This document shows positions 10,557 to 21,657 of a DNA stretch of 64,000 bases, in pieces. Both the position numbers and the translations under genes were made by a program. Within the stretch, counting starts at the first letter, position 1. Every line of letters starts with the position of its first letter. The DNA is taken from the NCBI GenBank assembly GCA_963824385.1, contig CAWGPD010000001.1, positions 96,001-160,000 of the forward strand, in the 5' to 3' direction. This DNA is from an uncultured Nitrososphaerota archaeon (lineage in GTDB: Archaea; Thermoproteota; Nitrososphaeria; Nitrososphaerales; Nitrosopumilaceae). The notes under the pieces were generated by a model. It was not told the origin of the DNA. It ran no database searches and worked only from the letters and a program-made list of their open reading frames with translations.

Positions 10557-11497
10557 TGCCTAACCTTGCAGATATTGTAATTGGCATAGTCCAGACTCTT
10601 TTCATCATAGCATTTGCGCCTTTGATGGTTGGAATAATGAACAAAACCAAGGCAAGAACCCAGAAAAGAATCGGCTCAAGTGTATTTCAGCCTTATTATG
10701 ACATCATAAAACTTGTCCACAAAGATGAGGTAGTAACAGACCAGAGTTCGTGGATTTTCAGATCATCACCGTGGATTAACTTTGTAGCTATAGGTACTGC
10801 CGCATTTTTTATTCCCATATTTATTTCATATTCACCATTTGGATTGGTAGGTGACATACTGCTAGTCATTGGCCTGTTTGCTCTTGCCAGATTTTTTACA
10901 ATGTTGGCAGGCCTTGATGTATCTAGTTCCTTTGGTGGATTTGGAGTAAGCAGAGACATGATGATGTCTATGCTTTTGGAACCTGCATTGTTTCTTACAA
11001 TATTTGTTACATCTCTCACATATGGAGGATCAAACATCAGTGGAATAGTAACCGCATCTGCTAATTCCTCATTGGTTTTGCATCCACAACTAATCTTTGC
11101 GCTGATTGCAATGTTTGTTATAACATTAGGTGAAACGGGTAGATTGCCATTTGGTAATTCTTCAACACACCTTGAACTTACCATGATTCATGAGGCAATG
11201 ATTCTAGAATATTCAGGCAAGAGCCTAGCACTGGCAGAATGGTCATCAGCAATAAAGCAACTCATACTGTTATCATTAATTATCAACATCTTTGTTCCAT
11301 TTGGAATATCTACAACAGTATCAGCGCCATTACTAACAACAGGACTGTTATTGTTTGTCGTAAAAGTTTCATTACTTGCTACATCTATTGCATTTCTAGA
11401 ATCAAGAGTTGCAAGGTGGCGTCTTTTTAGATTACCAGATTTGATTGCAATGGCAATTGCAAGTTCCATGATTGGAGTGGTCTTTTTCTATCTCTAG
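10553..11497 (+). CDS. hyfC: HyfC/NuoH-family membrane subunit
   Basis: QPYYDIIKL, ETGRLPF, ELTMIHEAMILEYSG. Confidence 0.9.
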   Translation: MMPNLADIVIGIVQTLFIIAFAPLMVGIMNKTKARTQKRIGSSVFQPYYDIIKLVHKDEVVTDQSSWIFRSSPWINFVAIGTAAFFIPIFISYSPFGLVGDILLVIGLFALARFFTMLAGLDVSSSFGGFGVSRDMMMSMLLEPALFLTIFVTSLTYGGSNISGIVTASANSSLVLHPQLIFALIAMFVITLGETGRLPFGNSSTHLELTMIHEAMILEYSGKSLALAEWSSAIKQLILLSLIINIFVPFGISTTVSAPLLTTGLLLFVVKVSLLATSIAFLESRVARWRLFRLPDLIAMAIASSMIGVVFFYL

Positions 11498-12166
11498 TTG
11501 ATGATTATGGACACAAATCAAATCATGATGTTTTCTGGTGCAATTCTTCTCATTGCTACCTTTGGTATTGTCACAAGGCGTGGATTTGCAGACTGGCTTG
11601 GCGCATATCGATATCAATCAATTGTTCTTGCAGCAATCACTGCACTAATTGCATATGTTACAGGAATTTGGGAGATCTATGTTGCTGCAGGTCTTACCTT
11701 TGTAATAAAATCAATAATAATTCCCAAAGTCTTGCTGTACGTAACAAGAAATCTTGAGATAGAATTCAAGGTAGAGACAAATCCATACGTAAGTCTTAGG
11801 GCGTCAGTAATAATTTCCGCGTTTCTTGTTGCATTGTCATATTTTCTAACACAGCAAATACCGTTCAAGTCAGATCCGATAGTAAGCACTTACTTGCCAA
11901 TATCTATCGCATTATTTCTCATAGGTCTTTTTGTTATCGTAAACAGGAGATCTGCACTCAATCAGGTAGTAGGCCTTTTGATTATAGAAAACGGACTCTT
12001 TCTTTTCACCCTGACATTGACACATGGCGTATCACTCATCATCGAGATGGGCATTTTTGCAGACATATTGGTTGGAATCATAATTTCATCCATACTGCTG
12101 CTCAGGATTAGTCGCACCTTTGATAGCCTAGATGTTGGAAAACTGCAAAACTTGAGGGATGATTAG
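11498..12166 (+). CDS. hyfE: HyfE membrane subunit
   Basis: Hydrophobic, QVVGLLIIENG motif, operon position. Confidence 0.88.
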   Translation: MMIMDTNQIMMFSGAILLIATFGIVTRRGFADWLGAYRYQSIVLAAITALIAYVTGIWEIYVAAGLTFVIKSIIIPKVLLYVTRNLEIEFKVETNPYVSLRASVIISAFLVALSYFLTQQIPFKSDPIVSTYLPISIALFLIGLFVIVNRRSALNQVVGLLIIENGLFLFTLTLTHGVSLIIEMGIFADILVGIIISSILLLRISRTFDSLDVGKLQNLRDD

Positions 12167-13672
12167 ATGGAGTTGACAGATATTTTCAGCGGATCAAACG
12201 GTACTATACTTGCACTACTCTTCACTCCAGTCATCGGAGCAATTCTTGTTACTGTAACAAGACAAAAAAGAATATCGGAGATTGTAACAGTGGCTTCCGC
12301 ATTTTTGATTCTGATACAGGTATTTTTTATTGTATCAAGAATCATTAGCGAAAAAACAATCACGGCATTTGGCAATACATTTTACATCGATTCATTTGGA
12401 GCAATAATACTTTTACCAATATCTATTGTCGGTCTAGTTTCTGCGATGTATTCTGTAAATTACATGGGAAGACAGTATGACAATGGGATGATAGACATGA
12501 AACATGTTACAAGATACTATCAAGGCCTCAATGTTTTTCTGCTGACCATGCTTATTGTTCCAATTTCAAACAACATGGGAATAATGTGGGTCACAGTTGA
12601 AGCTACCACACTTGTCTCTGTTCTTTTGATAATGCTGTATTTCAAACAAAATGCCATTGAGTCTGCATGGAAGTATCTGATAATTGCAACAGTCGGATTA
12701 TCTTTTGCCTTGATAGGTACAACATTTTTTTATTACGCAAATATCAATGTGGAAAATTCAGCAGATGCAATGAACTGGACTTCGATGATGCATAATTCAA
12801 AACTCTTTGATCCTAATTTGGTTAAGATTGCATTTGTTTTCATACTGATTGGTTTTGGGACAAAGGCAGGTCTTGCCCCAATGCACACGTGGCTCCCAGA
12901 CGCACATAGTGAGGCGCCTACACCAGTTAGTGCATTATTGTCAGGAGTTCTCCTCAATTGTGCTTTTTACTGCATAGTACGTTTTCATATAATCAGCAGC
13001 AGTACCATAGGCCCTGCATTTTCAAGCCAACTTTTGATAATACTTGCCGTAATATCTGTAGGAATAGCAGCTGCATCCATCTACTTCCAAAAAGACATGA
13101 AGCGAATGCTTGCCTTTTCCAGTGTAGAACACATGGGTGTAATATCCCTAGGAATTGGTTTTGGGGGCTTACTTGGCGTCTATGGCGCTCTGCTTCAGAT
13201 AATCAATCACGCAATAGTAAAGCCAATGATGTTTTTTGCAAGTGGAACAATCACCCAGAAATACGAGACAAAAGCAATTTCAAAAATAACTGGAGTGATC
13301 AAGGTGATGCCAGCTACAGGTGTTTTGTTTTTGATTGGAGGGCTTGCCTTGGTAGGAATGCCACCATTCAATATTTTCTTGAGTGAGTTTTTGATACTCG
13401 GTGCTGGTCTAAAGTCAGGACAATTTCTTGCCACATCACTTGTAATAATTTTCCTTGTCATCACATTTGCAGTATTTCTCAGACATGTAATCAGGATGGT
13501 TTTTGGAAATCCATCTCCCGAAATAAAAAATGGTTCAATGGGAAGACTTGCAATAATTCCAGTTGTAATTCTTGGCTCACTTGTATTCATACTTGGAGTA
13601 TACATTCCACAACAGTTACAAACACTTGTACACAATGCATCAGCCATAATTAATCTAGGAGGAGTCACATGA
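12167..13672 (+). CDS. hyfF: HyfF antiporter-like subunit
   Basis: WVTVEATTL, ESAWKY, GFGTKAGLAPMHTWLPDAHSEAP. Confidence 0.9.
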   Translation: MELTDIFSGSNGTILALLFTPVIGAILVTVTRQKRISEIVTVASAFLILIQVFFIVSRIISEKTITAFGNTFYIDSFGAIILLPISIVGLVSAMYSVNYMGRQYDNGMIDMKHVTRYYQGLNVFLLTMLIVPISNNMGIMWVTVEATTLVSVLLIMLYFKQNAIESAWKYLIIATVGLSFALIGTTFFYYANINVENSADAMNWTSMMHNSKLFDPNLVKIAFVFILIGFGTKAGLAPMHTWLPDAHSEAPTPVSALLSGVLLNCAFYCIVRFHIISSSTIGPAFSSQLLIILAVISVGIAAASIYFQKDMKRMLAFSSVEHMGVISLGIGFGGLLGVYGALLQIINHAIVKPMMFFASGTITQKYETKAISKITGVIKVMPATGVLFLIGGLALVGMPPFNIFLSEFLILGAGLKSGQFLATSLVIIFLVITFAVFLRHVIRMVFGNPSPEIKNGSMGRLAIIPVVILGSLVFILGVYIPQQLQTLVHNASAIINLGGVT

Positions 13673-15294
13673 ATAAAATTTTGTTAGAAAAATATAAAAA
13701 AGACATTCTAGGAAAATTTGAAAATAAGATAGACAAGACATTAGAAAACCATAATGAATTGCATCTCTTCTTGAGAAATGATCAAGACATACCTGAAATT
13801 TGTAATTATATCTACATTGAATTGGGCACACGTCTTGCCACAATGATATGTACCGATGAAAGAAAATTAGGAAATGGTTTTGTAATTCGTCATGTCTTTG
13901 GAAAAGATAACGGCGAAGATGTGTTTATTTTTGTCACTTCAAAGATAGATGAATCCATTTTATCATATCCAAGTATTACCACAACAATTCCTGCTGCAAC
14001 TCTTCATGAACGTGAGATACATGACATGTTTGGAATCATTCCAATCAATAATCCTGATGCCAGACCCCTTGTTTTACATGATCACTGGGACAGAACCATA
14101 TTTCCTCTGAGAAAGGACTTTGGCCTAAACACGAATATCCCAAGACAAAAAGAGGAATACCCATTTCTCAAGGTACACGGAGAAGGAATCTGCGAAATAC
14201 CTGTAGGGCCTGTTCATGCTGGAATCATAGAGCCGGGTCATTTTCGATTTAGTGTAATGGGTGAGAACATAATCAATCTGGAAACACGCCTATTTTACAC
14301 CCACAAGGGAATCGAAAAACTTGCCGAGTCTATGAAAATAGACGATGTTCTGCTTTTAACTGAGCGCATAGCAGGTGATGAATCAGTTGCAAATTCTACT
14401 GCCTTTTGTCAATCAATAGAAAAAATTGCCAACGTTACAATCCCAAGGAGAGCACAGCAGATAAGAACAATCTTTGGAGAATTGGAAAGACTTTACAATC
14501 ACATGGGTTCACTGGCAGGAATTTCAGCAGATGTTGGTTTTCCATTTGGTTCAGCAAGACTCAACATACTCAAAGAGAGATTGATGAAACTAAATGAATT
14601 ACTTAGTGGAAGTAGAATTCTTTTCGGTGTAAACAGAATTGGAGGAGTAAGATGCGATATTACAGATGAAAGTAAACAAACAATTACAGAATCCACAGAA
14701 TCCATTTTATCTGACTTTGAAAATGTTGTAACACTTCTCAAATCAAAATCATCTTTTATTGACAGACTAAAAGATACTGGAATGATATCAAAACAATTTG
14801 CACATGATCTTGGACTGGTCGGAGTTGCTGCAAGATGTATCGGAATAGATGTAGATACAAGACGCGATCACCCCTACTCTGCATATTTACTGCATAGAAA
14901 AGAAACCCCGCAAGAAGTAATGCAACGAGAGATATCAATGCAAAAAAGAAATGGGGATGTTTTGACAAGATTTGAAGTCAGAGTGCAAGAGGTACGAGAA
15001 TCAGTTGATATCATAGGAGCATCTCTTGATTTAGAAAATGATAATTTGTATGTCAATATACAGCAAAATCTAGAACCATTCAGATCCGCTCTTGGGTATG
15101 TAGAATCACACAGGGGACAAACAGTTCACTGGGTTATGACAGGTGAGAAGAATTCCATATTCAGATACAAGATAAGAACGGCCTCATTTTTCAACTGGCC
15201 AATAATTGAGCAGGCTGTGTTAAACGATATTGTTCCTGATTTTCCTCTAGTCAACAAAAGTCTAGACTTGTCATATTCGGGGAATGACCTATGA
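13669..15294 (+). CDS. hyfG: HyfG/NuoCD-like large subunit lacking NiFe-binding cysteines (Ehr type)
   Basis: GPVHAGIIEPGHFRF and ELERLYNH motifs. The L1 site reads ERIAGDES and the C-terminus reads SLDLSYSGNDL, with no CxxC pairs. Confidence 0.88.
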   Translation: MNKILLEKYKKDILGKFENKIDKTLENHNELHLFLRNDQDIPEICNYIYIELGTRLATMICTDERKLGNGFVIRHVFGKDNGEDVFIFVTSKIDESILSYPSITTTIPAATLHEREIHDMFGIIPINNPDARPLVLHDHWDRTIFPLRKDFGLNTNIPRQKEEYPFLKVHGEGICEIPVGPVHAGIIEPGHFRFSVMGENIINLETRLFYTHKGIEKLAESMKIDDVLLLTERIAGDESVANSTAFCQSIEKIANVTIPRRAQQIRTIFGELERLYNHMGSLAGISADVGFPFGSARLNILKERLMKLNELLSGSRILFGVNRIGGVRCDITDESKQTITESTESILSDFENVVTLLKSKSSFIDRLKDTGMISKQFAHDLGLVGVAARCIGIDVDTRRDHPYSAYLLHRKETPQEVMQREISMQKRNGDVLTRFEVRVQEVRESVDIIGASLDLENDNLYVNIQQNLEPFRSALGYVESHRGQTVHWVMTGEKNSIFRYKIRTASFFNWPIIEQAVLNDIVPDFPLVNKSLDLSYSGNDL

Positions 15295-16095
15295 AGAAAA
15301 AATCAGATAAGGAAATACTTGGAAATGGCATTGAAACAGTTAGGCATATTGACGAACAGTTCATTTCATCAAATTATAGGGGTAGTATTTCATTTAATGC
15401 CGAGTCTTTCAAAGGAAATGAAGAATCCATTTTAGATTCATGCCCCACAAGAGCATTATCTGCCACCAAGGATAATCAACATGCAATAATCGCAGTAGAC
15501 CATGGCAAGTGTATAATGTGTGGACATTGTAATCAGGTAGCACCAGAATTTATTACGATTAAAAATAAACCTGCGGCACCTACTAAAATCAAAAAACAGT
15601 TATCAGAATATTCTAATTCTCAGGTTCAATCTGAAAAATCATTTGAGGAGATTGGAAAGGAACTCAGAGAAAAAATAAAAAAAATGTTTGGACGTTCACT
15701 GGCCATACGTGAAATTGATGCAGGCTCATGCAATGGCTGTGAAATAGAAATCACTGCTCTGAATAATCCAACATATGACATTGAAAGATTTGGAATTCAT
15801 TTTGTTGCATCACCAAGACATGCAGATGTCTTGCTTGTTACAGGGCCAGCTTCAAAAAATATGGAACTTGCTCTACGCAGAACATATGAAGCAACACCTA
15901 GCCCCAAAATCGTAATTGCAGTTGGTGCATGTGGATGTAGTGGAGGAATATTCGGCGATACATATGCAACAACAGGGGGCATTGACAAGATAATTCCTGT
16001 CGATGTGTACATTCCCGGATGTCCTCCAAGACCAGAAGTGTTGATTCAAGGATTGTTGTTAGTCTGTTGATAGGATGACTGTAAATGGGGAGTAA
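15291..16095 (+). CDS. hyfI: HyfI/NuoB-like Fe-S small subunit with an N-terminal ferredoxin-like domain; frameshift near 16063
   Basis: GSCNGCEIE, SPRHAD, GACG, PGCPPRP; N-terminal CP...CxxCxxC. Removing one base extends the ORF to TAA at 16095. Confidence 0.85.
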
Positions 16096-16412
16096 GGAGA
16101 TTTACTGTTCAACATGTAAGAAAAATCTAGGCAAGTATAATGAGAAATATTTTTCTGATGAAAAATTAAATTCAATTATTGCTACCAATCATACTCAGTG
16201 CATACGCGAAGGTCATAATGTGGTAATTTTAAGACCATAGGGAGTACAAGGTAGTTTTAATGAAAGCGAACAACTGTGATGACCCTTTAAAGTGGGTTTT
16301 CCACCAGAATTCCACAAATCATGCCTAAGCGTGCCTATTTGATCAATAAGATATTAAGACTTTTAGACAAAATGCTTATTAATAATTTTAGAGGGAAAAT
16401 CATTAGATAAGT

Positions 16413-16475
16413 ATGAAAAAAGTAGATTCGACAAGCATTTCAAGTATTTTGTTGCTAGTCGAGGTTATGCTGTAA
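16413..16475 (+). promoter_or_regulatory. Putative Ile/Leu/Val-rich leader peptide (attenuator) of the ilvB operon
   Basis: ORF MKKVDSTSISSILLLVEVML (9 of 20 residues branched-chain) ends 29 nt before the ilvB ATG and overlaps alternative hairpins. Confidence 0.6.
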
Positions 16476-16504
16476 AATACAGCAATTTTCGGAGATAGAA
16501 AATT

Positions 16505-18194
16505 ATGGAAAAAATTTCAGGTGCAAGGTCTTTGATGATCGCTTTGGAAAAAGAGGGCGTCGATATTGCCTTCGGACTACCGGGAGGTGCAAACTTGCCA
16601 ATATACGACGAACTTTACAAAAGCAACATACGACATATTCTAGTAAGACATGAACAGTCTGCGTCACACATGGCAGATGGATATGGCAGAGTAAGTAGAA
16701 GACCAGGAGTATGTTTTGCAACATCAGGTCCAGGTGCAACGAACATTGTTACAGGAATTGCAACAGCTCAGGCAGACTCCTCTCCAATGGTTGCAATCAC
16801 AGGTCAAGTTCCTTCAAAAATGATTGGTCGTGACGCATTTCAAGAAAGTGACATCATAGGAATTACAAACCCCATTGTAAAATATGCATTTCAGCCAATG
16901 ACTCCTGGAGAAATTCCAGAAGTAGTAAAGAAGGCATTCTATATCGCATCAACTGGAAGACCTGGTCCTGTTTTAATAGACATCCCAAAAGATGTGCAAC
17001 AAAACGAAGCAGAGATTCAATTCCCTTCCGAAGTTAAAATTAGAGGATATCATCCATGGGTAGATCCTGACATAAGAGAAATTGAAAGGGCAACTGAGAT
17101 GTTACTATCTGCAGAAAGACCAATTATTCTTGCAGGTGGAGGAGTCATAATTTCAAGTGCATTTGCAGAACTTCAATCAATTGCAGAATTACTCATGATA
17201 CCGGTTGTAACAACTTTCAAAGGAAAGGGTTCATTTCCAGAAAATCATCCACTTTCACTTGGACCAATTGGAATGCACGGTCATGCAGAAGCAAATAAGA
17301 TGATGACAGAAGCTGACTGTGTGCTAGCTTGTGGTTCCAGATTTTCAGACAGGTCAGTTGGTACATTTGAAGAATTTGAGAGAAATTTGAAGATAATACA
17401 CATGGATGTAGATCCTGCAGAGATTGGAAAGAATCAGACTACAAACGTAGCAGTTGTTGGAGATGTAAAGACATCACTTAGAATCATGGTAAAGATGCTA
17501 ATTCAAAAGGCTATCAAACGAAATGGAGAAAGCGCATGGGCAAAAAGAGTTAAAGAAACTAAAGAATACTATAGAGAAAACATCAAGATTCACCCACATC
17601 CATTAGCAGCCTCCAAAGTTCTCAAAAAGTTAAGAGAGGTTCTTCCTGGTCAGTCTATTGTTACTACCGAAGTAGGTCAACATCAGATGTGGGCATCATT
17701 ATTCTTTGATGTCATACACCCAGGGACATTTTTTAGCTCTACAGGTCTTGGGACGATGGGGTGGGGATTCCCAGCAGCAATAGGTGCAAAAGCTGCAAGA
17801 CCAGATGTTCCAGTTTTAGACATTGCAGGAGAAGGAAGTTTTAACATGACAGAAAATTCACTTGCAGTATCAGTATTAGATGATCTTCCAGTAATTGTAT
17901 TCTTACTAAATAATTTCTCACTTGGTATGGTAGCCCAATGGCAGAGAACATTTTATGATAGAAGAATGATAGGAATCGACCTTAAGAATTGTCCAGATTA
18001 TGTCAAAGTAGCAGAAGCATACGGTGCACAAGGAATCAGAGTCGACTACAATTGACGAGATTGGAAAAGCAGTCCAGACAGCATTAAAGAGTAACATTAC
18101 AACTGTCATAGACATACCAATTGATCCACTAGAAGACGTATTACCATTTGTAGCACCTGGAACATCTCTCAAGGACATGATCTTACCATCATAG
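16505..18194 (+). CDS. ilvB: Acetolactate synthase large subunit, frameshift near 18047
   Basis: FGLPGG, VRHEQ, TSGPGATN, VGQHQMW, GEGSFNM. The shifted frame continues to VLPFVAPG and a stop at 18194. Confidence 0.95.
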
Positions 18195-18203
18195 TGAAAT
18201 AAC

Positions 18204-18695
18204 ATGTGGTCAATTATTTCCGTTCTAGTAGAAAACAAGCCAGGTGTCTTGTTCAAGATTACAAACTTGTTTAGATCAAGAAACTATAACATTGACAGCA
18301 TATCAGTAGGGATAACTGAAAATCCCGAAGTCTCTAGAATGACAATTACTACAGAAGCAGATGAAAAACAGCTAAATCAAATAATAAAACAACTAGACAA
18401 ATTGATTGATACAATAGAAGTAAAACTATTAGATGAGAAGAAGAGCATATACCGAGAACTTGTCATGATGAAGATCAAAGTAACAAAACCAACTGACATC
18501 AAAGAGATAACAGACCTTGCAAACGCCTTCAAGTGTGACGTTCATGATGTAAGAAAGTCTTCCATCATATTAGAGATAACTGCAACGCCAGATAGAATTA
18601 ATGCCCTTGAAGACCTTGTCAGAGGATATGGAATACTTGAAATGGCAAGAACTGGAATATGTGCATTAGCAAGAGGAGAAAGAAATGAAGGTTAG
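18204..18695 (+). CDS. ilvH: Acetolactate synthase small regulatory subunit
   Basis: ACT domain ENKPGVL...YNIDSISVG; EMARTG. Confidence 0.93.
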   Translation: MWSIISVLVENKPGVLFKITNLFRSRNYNIDSISVGITENPEVSRMTITTEADEKQLNQIIKQLDKLIDTIEVKLLDEKKSIYRELVMMKIKVTKPTDIKEITDLANAFKCDVHDVRKSSIILEITATPDRINALEDLVRGYGILEMARTGICALARGERNEG

Positions 18696-20208
18696 AATTT
18701 TTGATACCACATTAAGAGATGGAGAGCAGACACCGGGCATAGCCTTGACTCCAGATCAAAAACTTACCATAGCACAAAAATTAGATGATCTAGGTGTTGA
18801 TGCAATAGAAGCAGGTTTTCCAATTGTTTCAGAAGGAGAGATGACAGCAATTAGATCAATAACAGGCGCAGGATTGAAAGCAGAGATTTGCGGACTAGCG
18901 CGAACAGAGAAAAAAGACATTGATGTAGCTGTAGCAGTTGGGTTAAAGTACATCCACACATTCATTGCAACTTCAGACATACATCTCAAGTACAAGCTAA
19001 AATTAACTAGAGAGCAAGCATTAGAAAAAGCAGTTGAAGCAGTCCAGTATGCCAAGTCACTTGGATTACAAGTTGAATTCTCTGCAGAAGATGCTACAAG
19101 GACTGATAGAGAATTTCTAAAAAAAGTATTCAAAGCAGTAACAGAAGCAGGCGCAGACAGATTAGACATTCCAGATACGGTGGGATATTCCACTCCACAA
19201 TATATTGCCGAAATTACAAGAGATACAATTGATGCAACACATCTACCAGTAAGTGTTCACTGTCACAATGATTTTGGTCTAGCTGTTGCAAATGCATTGT
19301 CTGCGATACAAGCTGGTGCAAAATGTGCACATGTTACAATCAATGGAATAGGAGAAAGAGCAGGTAATGCGTCTTTAGAAGAACTAGTAATGGGATTACA
19401 ATGCCTCCAATGGGATAAGGACAGAAAATTTGAGACAAATATTAACACCAAACTTCTTTACGAGACTTCACGATTCATCTCAAAGATAGTAGGAGTACAG
19501 GTTCAGCCAAACAAGGCAATTGTGGGAGAAAATGCATTTGGTCATGAATCTGGAATTCATACACATGGAGTATTGAGCAATCCGTTAACCTACGAACCAA
19601 TCAGTCCTGAACTTGTGGGTAGAACAAGATGGTTCCAAGTAGGAAAACACGCAGGAGCACATGGAGTTTCTGCCATGCTTGAAGAATATGGAATCCAACC
19701 TTCAAAAGAGCAGACGCATGAAATTTTAGAGAAGATCAAAAAGCTTGGAGACCTAGGAAAACATGTAACAGATGTTGAGCTTTTAGGAATTGCCGGAGAG
19801 GTAATGCAACAACAGGGATTAAAGAGACTAGTCCACCTCGTAGGTTTTTCAGTATCAACGGGAATTGGAAATATGCCATATGCATTTGTAAAGTTAAACA
19901 TTGAAGGAAAGGACTTTATCAGTACAGATTACGGGGTAGGCCCAGTAGATGCGTCAATAAACGCAATACAGAAAATTACTGGGGAAATATCCAAAGTCAG
20001 GGTAAAAGATTACAAGTGAGATTCAATCTCGGGAGGTTCAGAGGCATTATGTGAAGTTACCATCAAAGTTGAAGACGCATATGGAAACCAAGCCTCTGCA
20101 AAATCAGTAGGAGAAGATATTGTAATTACAAGTGTACAAGCAGTAATAGATGGCATAAATAGAATAATGCTTAAAAAAATTCTTAAACAAAAAAACTTGG
20201 GACAGTAA
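18685..20208 (+). CDS. leuA: 2-isopropylmalate / citramalate synthase; in-frame TGA at 20017-20019
   Basis: DTTLRDGEQ, HCHNDFG, GIGERAGNA, HESGIH. The same frame resumes after TGA (DSISGGSEALCEV) to TAA at 20208. Confidence 0.88.
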
Positions 20209-21225
20209 ATGTACAAAATATCACTTATCACCGGAGACGGAATAGGTCCAGAATTATCAGAATCAGTTATCGAAGTATTGAATGCAGTAAATGACAAATT
20301 TGGAGTAAAGTTAGATATTACAAAATTACAAGCAGGTGATACAGCACTCAAAAAAACAGGAAAGGCACTTCCAGATGAAACATTAGATGCAATAAAAAAG
20401 TCTGATGCATGTCTCAAGGCACCTGTTGGTGAAAGCGCCGCAGATGTGATTGTGGTATTGCGAAGAATGTTAGACCTTTATGCAAACATCAGACCTGCCA
20501 AGTCTTATCCAAACATGCCAGCATTAAAGCAAAACATAGACATGATAATAGTAAGAGAAAATACGGAGGACCTATACACAGGTATGGAATTTGACCTTGG
20601 AGAGACATCTGTTGCATTACGTACAATCTCAAAGAGAGCATCAGAGAGAATTGCAAAATATGCATTCATGACAGCAGAGCAGCGAAATGGAAAGAAAAAG
20701 GTAACATGTGTACACAAATCAAATGTGATGAAAAAGACAGACGGTTTGTTTTCAAGGTCATGCCAGGAAGTGGCAAATAACTATCCTAAAATTTCATTTG
20801 AGCAGATGTATGTAGATGCATGTGCCATGAATCTAATAAGACAGCCAGAGGATTTTGACGTTATAGTAACTACCAATTTGTTTGGGGACATTTTATCAGA
20901 TGAGGCATCACAGGTTGTAGGAGGATTGGGAATGGCACCGGCAGCAAACATTGGAGACAAATTTGCATTATTTGAGCCAGTTCATGGCGCAGCATTTGAC
21001 ATAGCAGGAAAACAAGTTGCAAATCCATCCTCGTTTATTTTATCTGCAAAGATGATGTTTGAGTGGCTTGGAATGAAAAATAATGACAAGGCATGTTATG
21101 ATATAGCAAAAAAGATAGAAGATGCAGTATATGGAATTGTCAAAGAAGGAATCAAGACAAAAGATATTGGCGGTAACAAGAGCACTGTGGAATTTACACA
21201 GAGTGTAATATCAAAAATTACTTGA
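20209..21225 (+). CDS. leuB: 3-isopropylmalate dehydrogenase
   Basis: GDGIGPE, RENTE, NLFGDILSD, EPVHGAAFDIAG; operon context. Confidence 0.88.
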   Translation: MYKISLITGDGIGPELSESVIEVLNAVNDKFGVKLDITKLQAGDTALKKTGKALPDETLDAIKKSDACLKAPVGESAADVIVVLRRMLDLYANIRPAKSYPNMPALKQNIDMIIVRENTEDLYTGMEFDLGETSVALRTISKRASERIAKYAFMTAEQRNGKKKVTCVHKSNVMKKTDGLFSRSCQEVANNYPKISFEQMYVDACAMNLIRQPEDFDVIVTTNLFGDILSDEASQVVGGLGMAPAANIGDKFALFEPVHGAAFDIAGKQVANPSSFILSAKMMFEWLGMKNNDKACYDIAKKIEDAVYGIVKEGIKTKDIGGNKSTVEFTQSVISKIT

Positions 21226-21559
21226 CGTCAGACGCAGGTGGTTCTCTTGACCAAAAGAACATTGCAAGACTAATTGGAACCATAATCATTATTGCAACTC
21301 CTAATGAAATCCAATAAAATGCAGGATCAATTCCTTTGATAAAAGGAACTGGAAATACGGTATACGCCCAGACAAACGCAATAAATCCTAAGAGTACTTT
21401 ATTTTTTTTAAAAATACGCCATCCAAGTTTTCTTTTTGCTATATAGCAACGCTTGCATCTAGTCCTGTCATCAGTCATGCATGAAGTGCAACAGTGTTTT
21501 TCACAAAAGTAGCATGTTCTATCACCAAATTCAGAACCGCAAAAATCACATTGTCGCAC
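21218..21559 (-). CDS. Cys-rich zinc-finger membrane protein
   Basis: Four CxxC-type pairs followed by two TM helices. Confidence 0.75.
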   Translation of the reverse strand: MRQCDFCGSEFGDRTCYFCEKHCCTSCMTDDRTRCKRCYIAKRKLGWRIFKKNKVLLGFIAFVWAYTVFPVPFIKGIDPAFYWISLGVAIMIMVPISLAMFFWSREPPASDVK

Positions 21560-21657
21560 AATTCACCTGTATGTGATCAAAATTTATCTTTTTATGAGTA
21601 CATTTTGTACACGGATAATTCTGTGATAGTATTTGAACCACGAGACATCTAGCAATA

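Noticed and set aside
13669..15294. Functional [NiFe] hydrogenase or formate hydrogenlyase
   Set aside because: All four Ni-ligating cysteines are missing, and no maturation or fdh genes are in the window.
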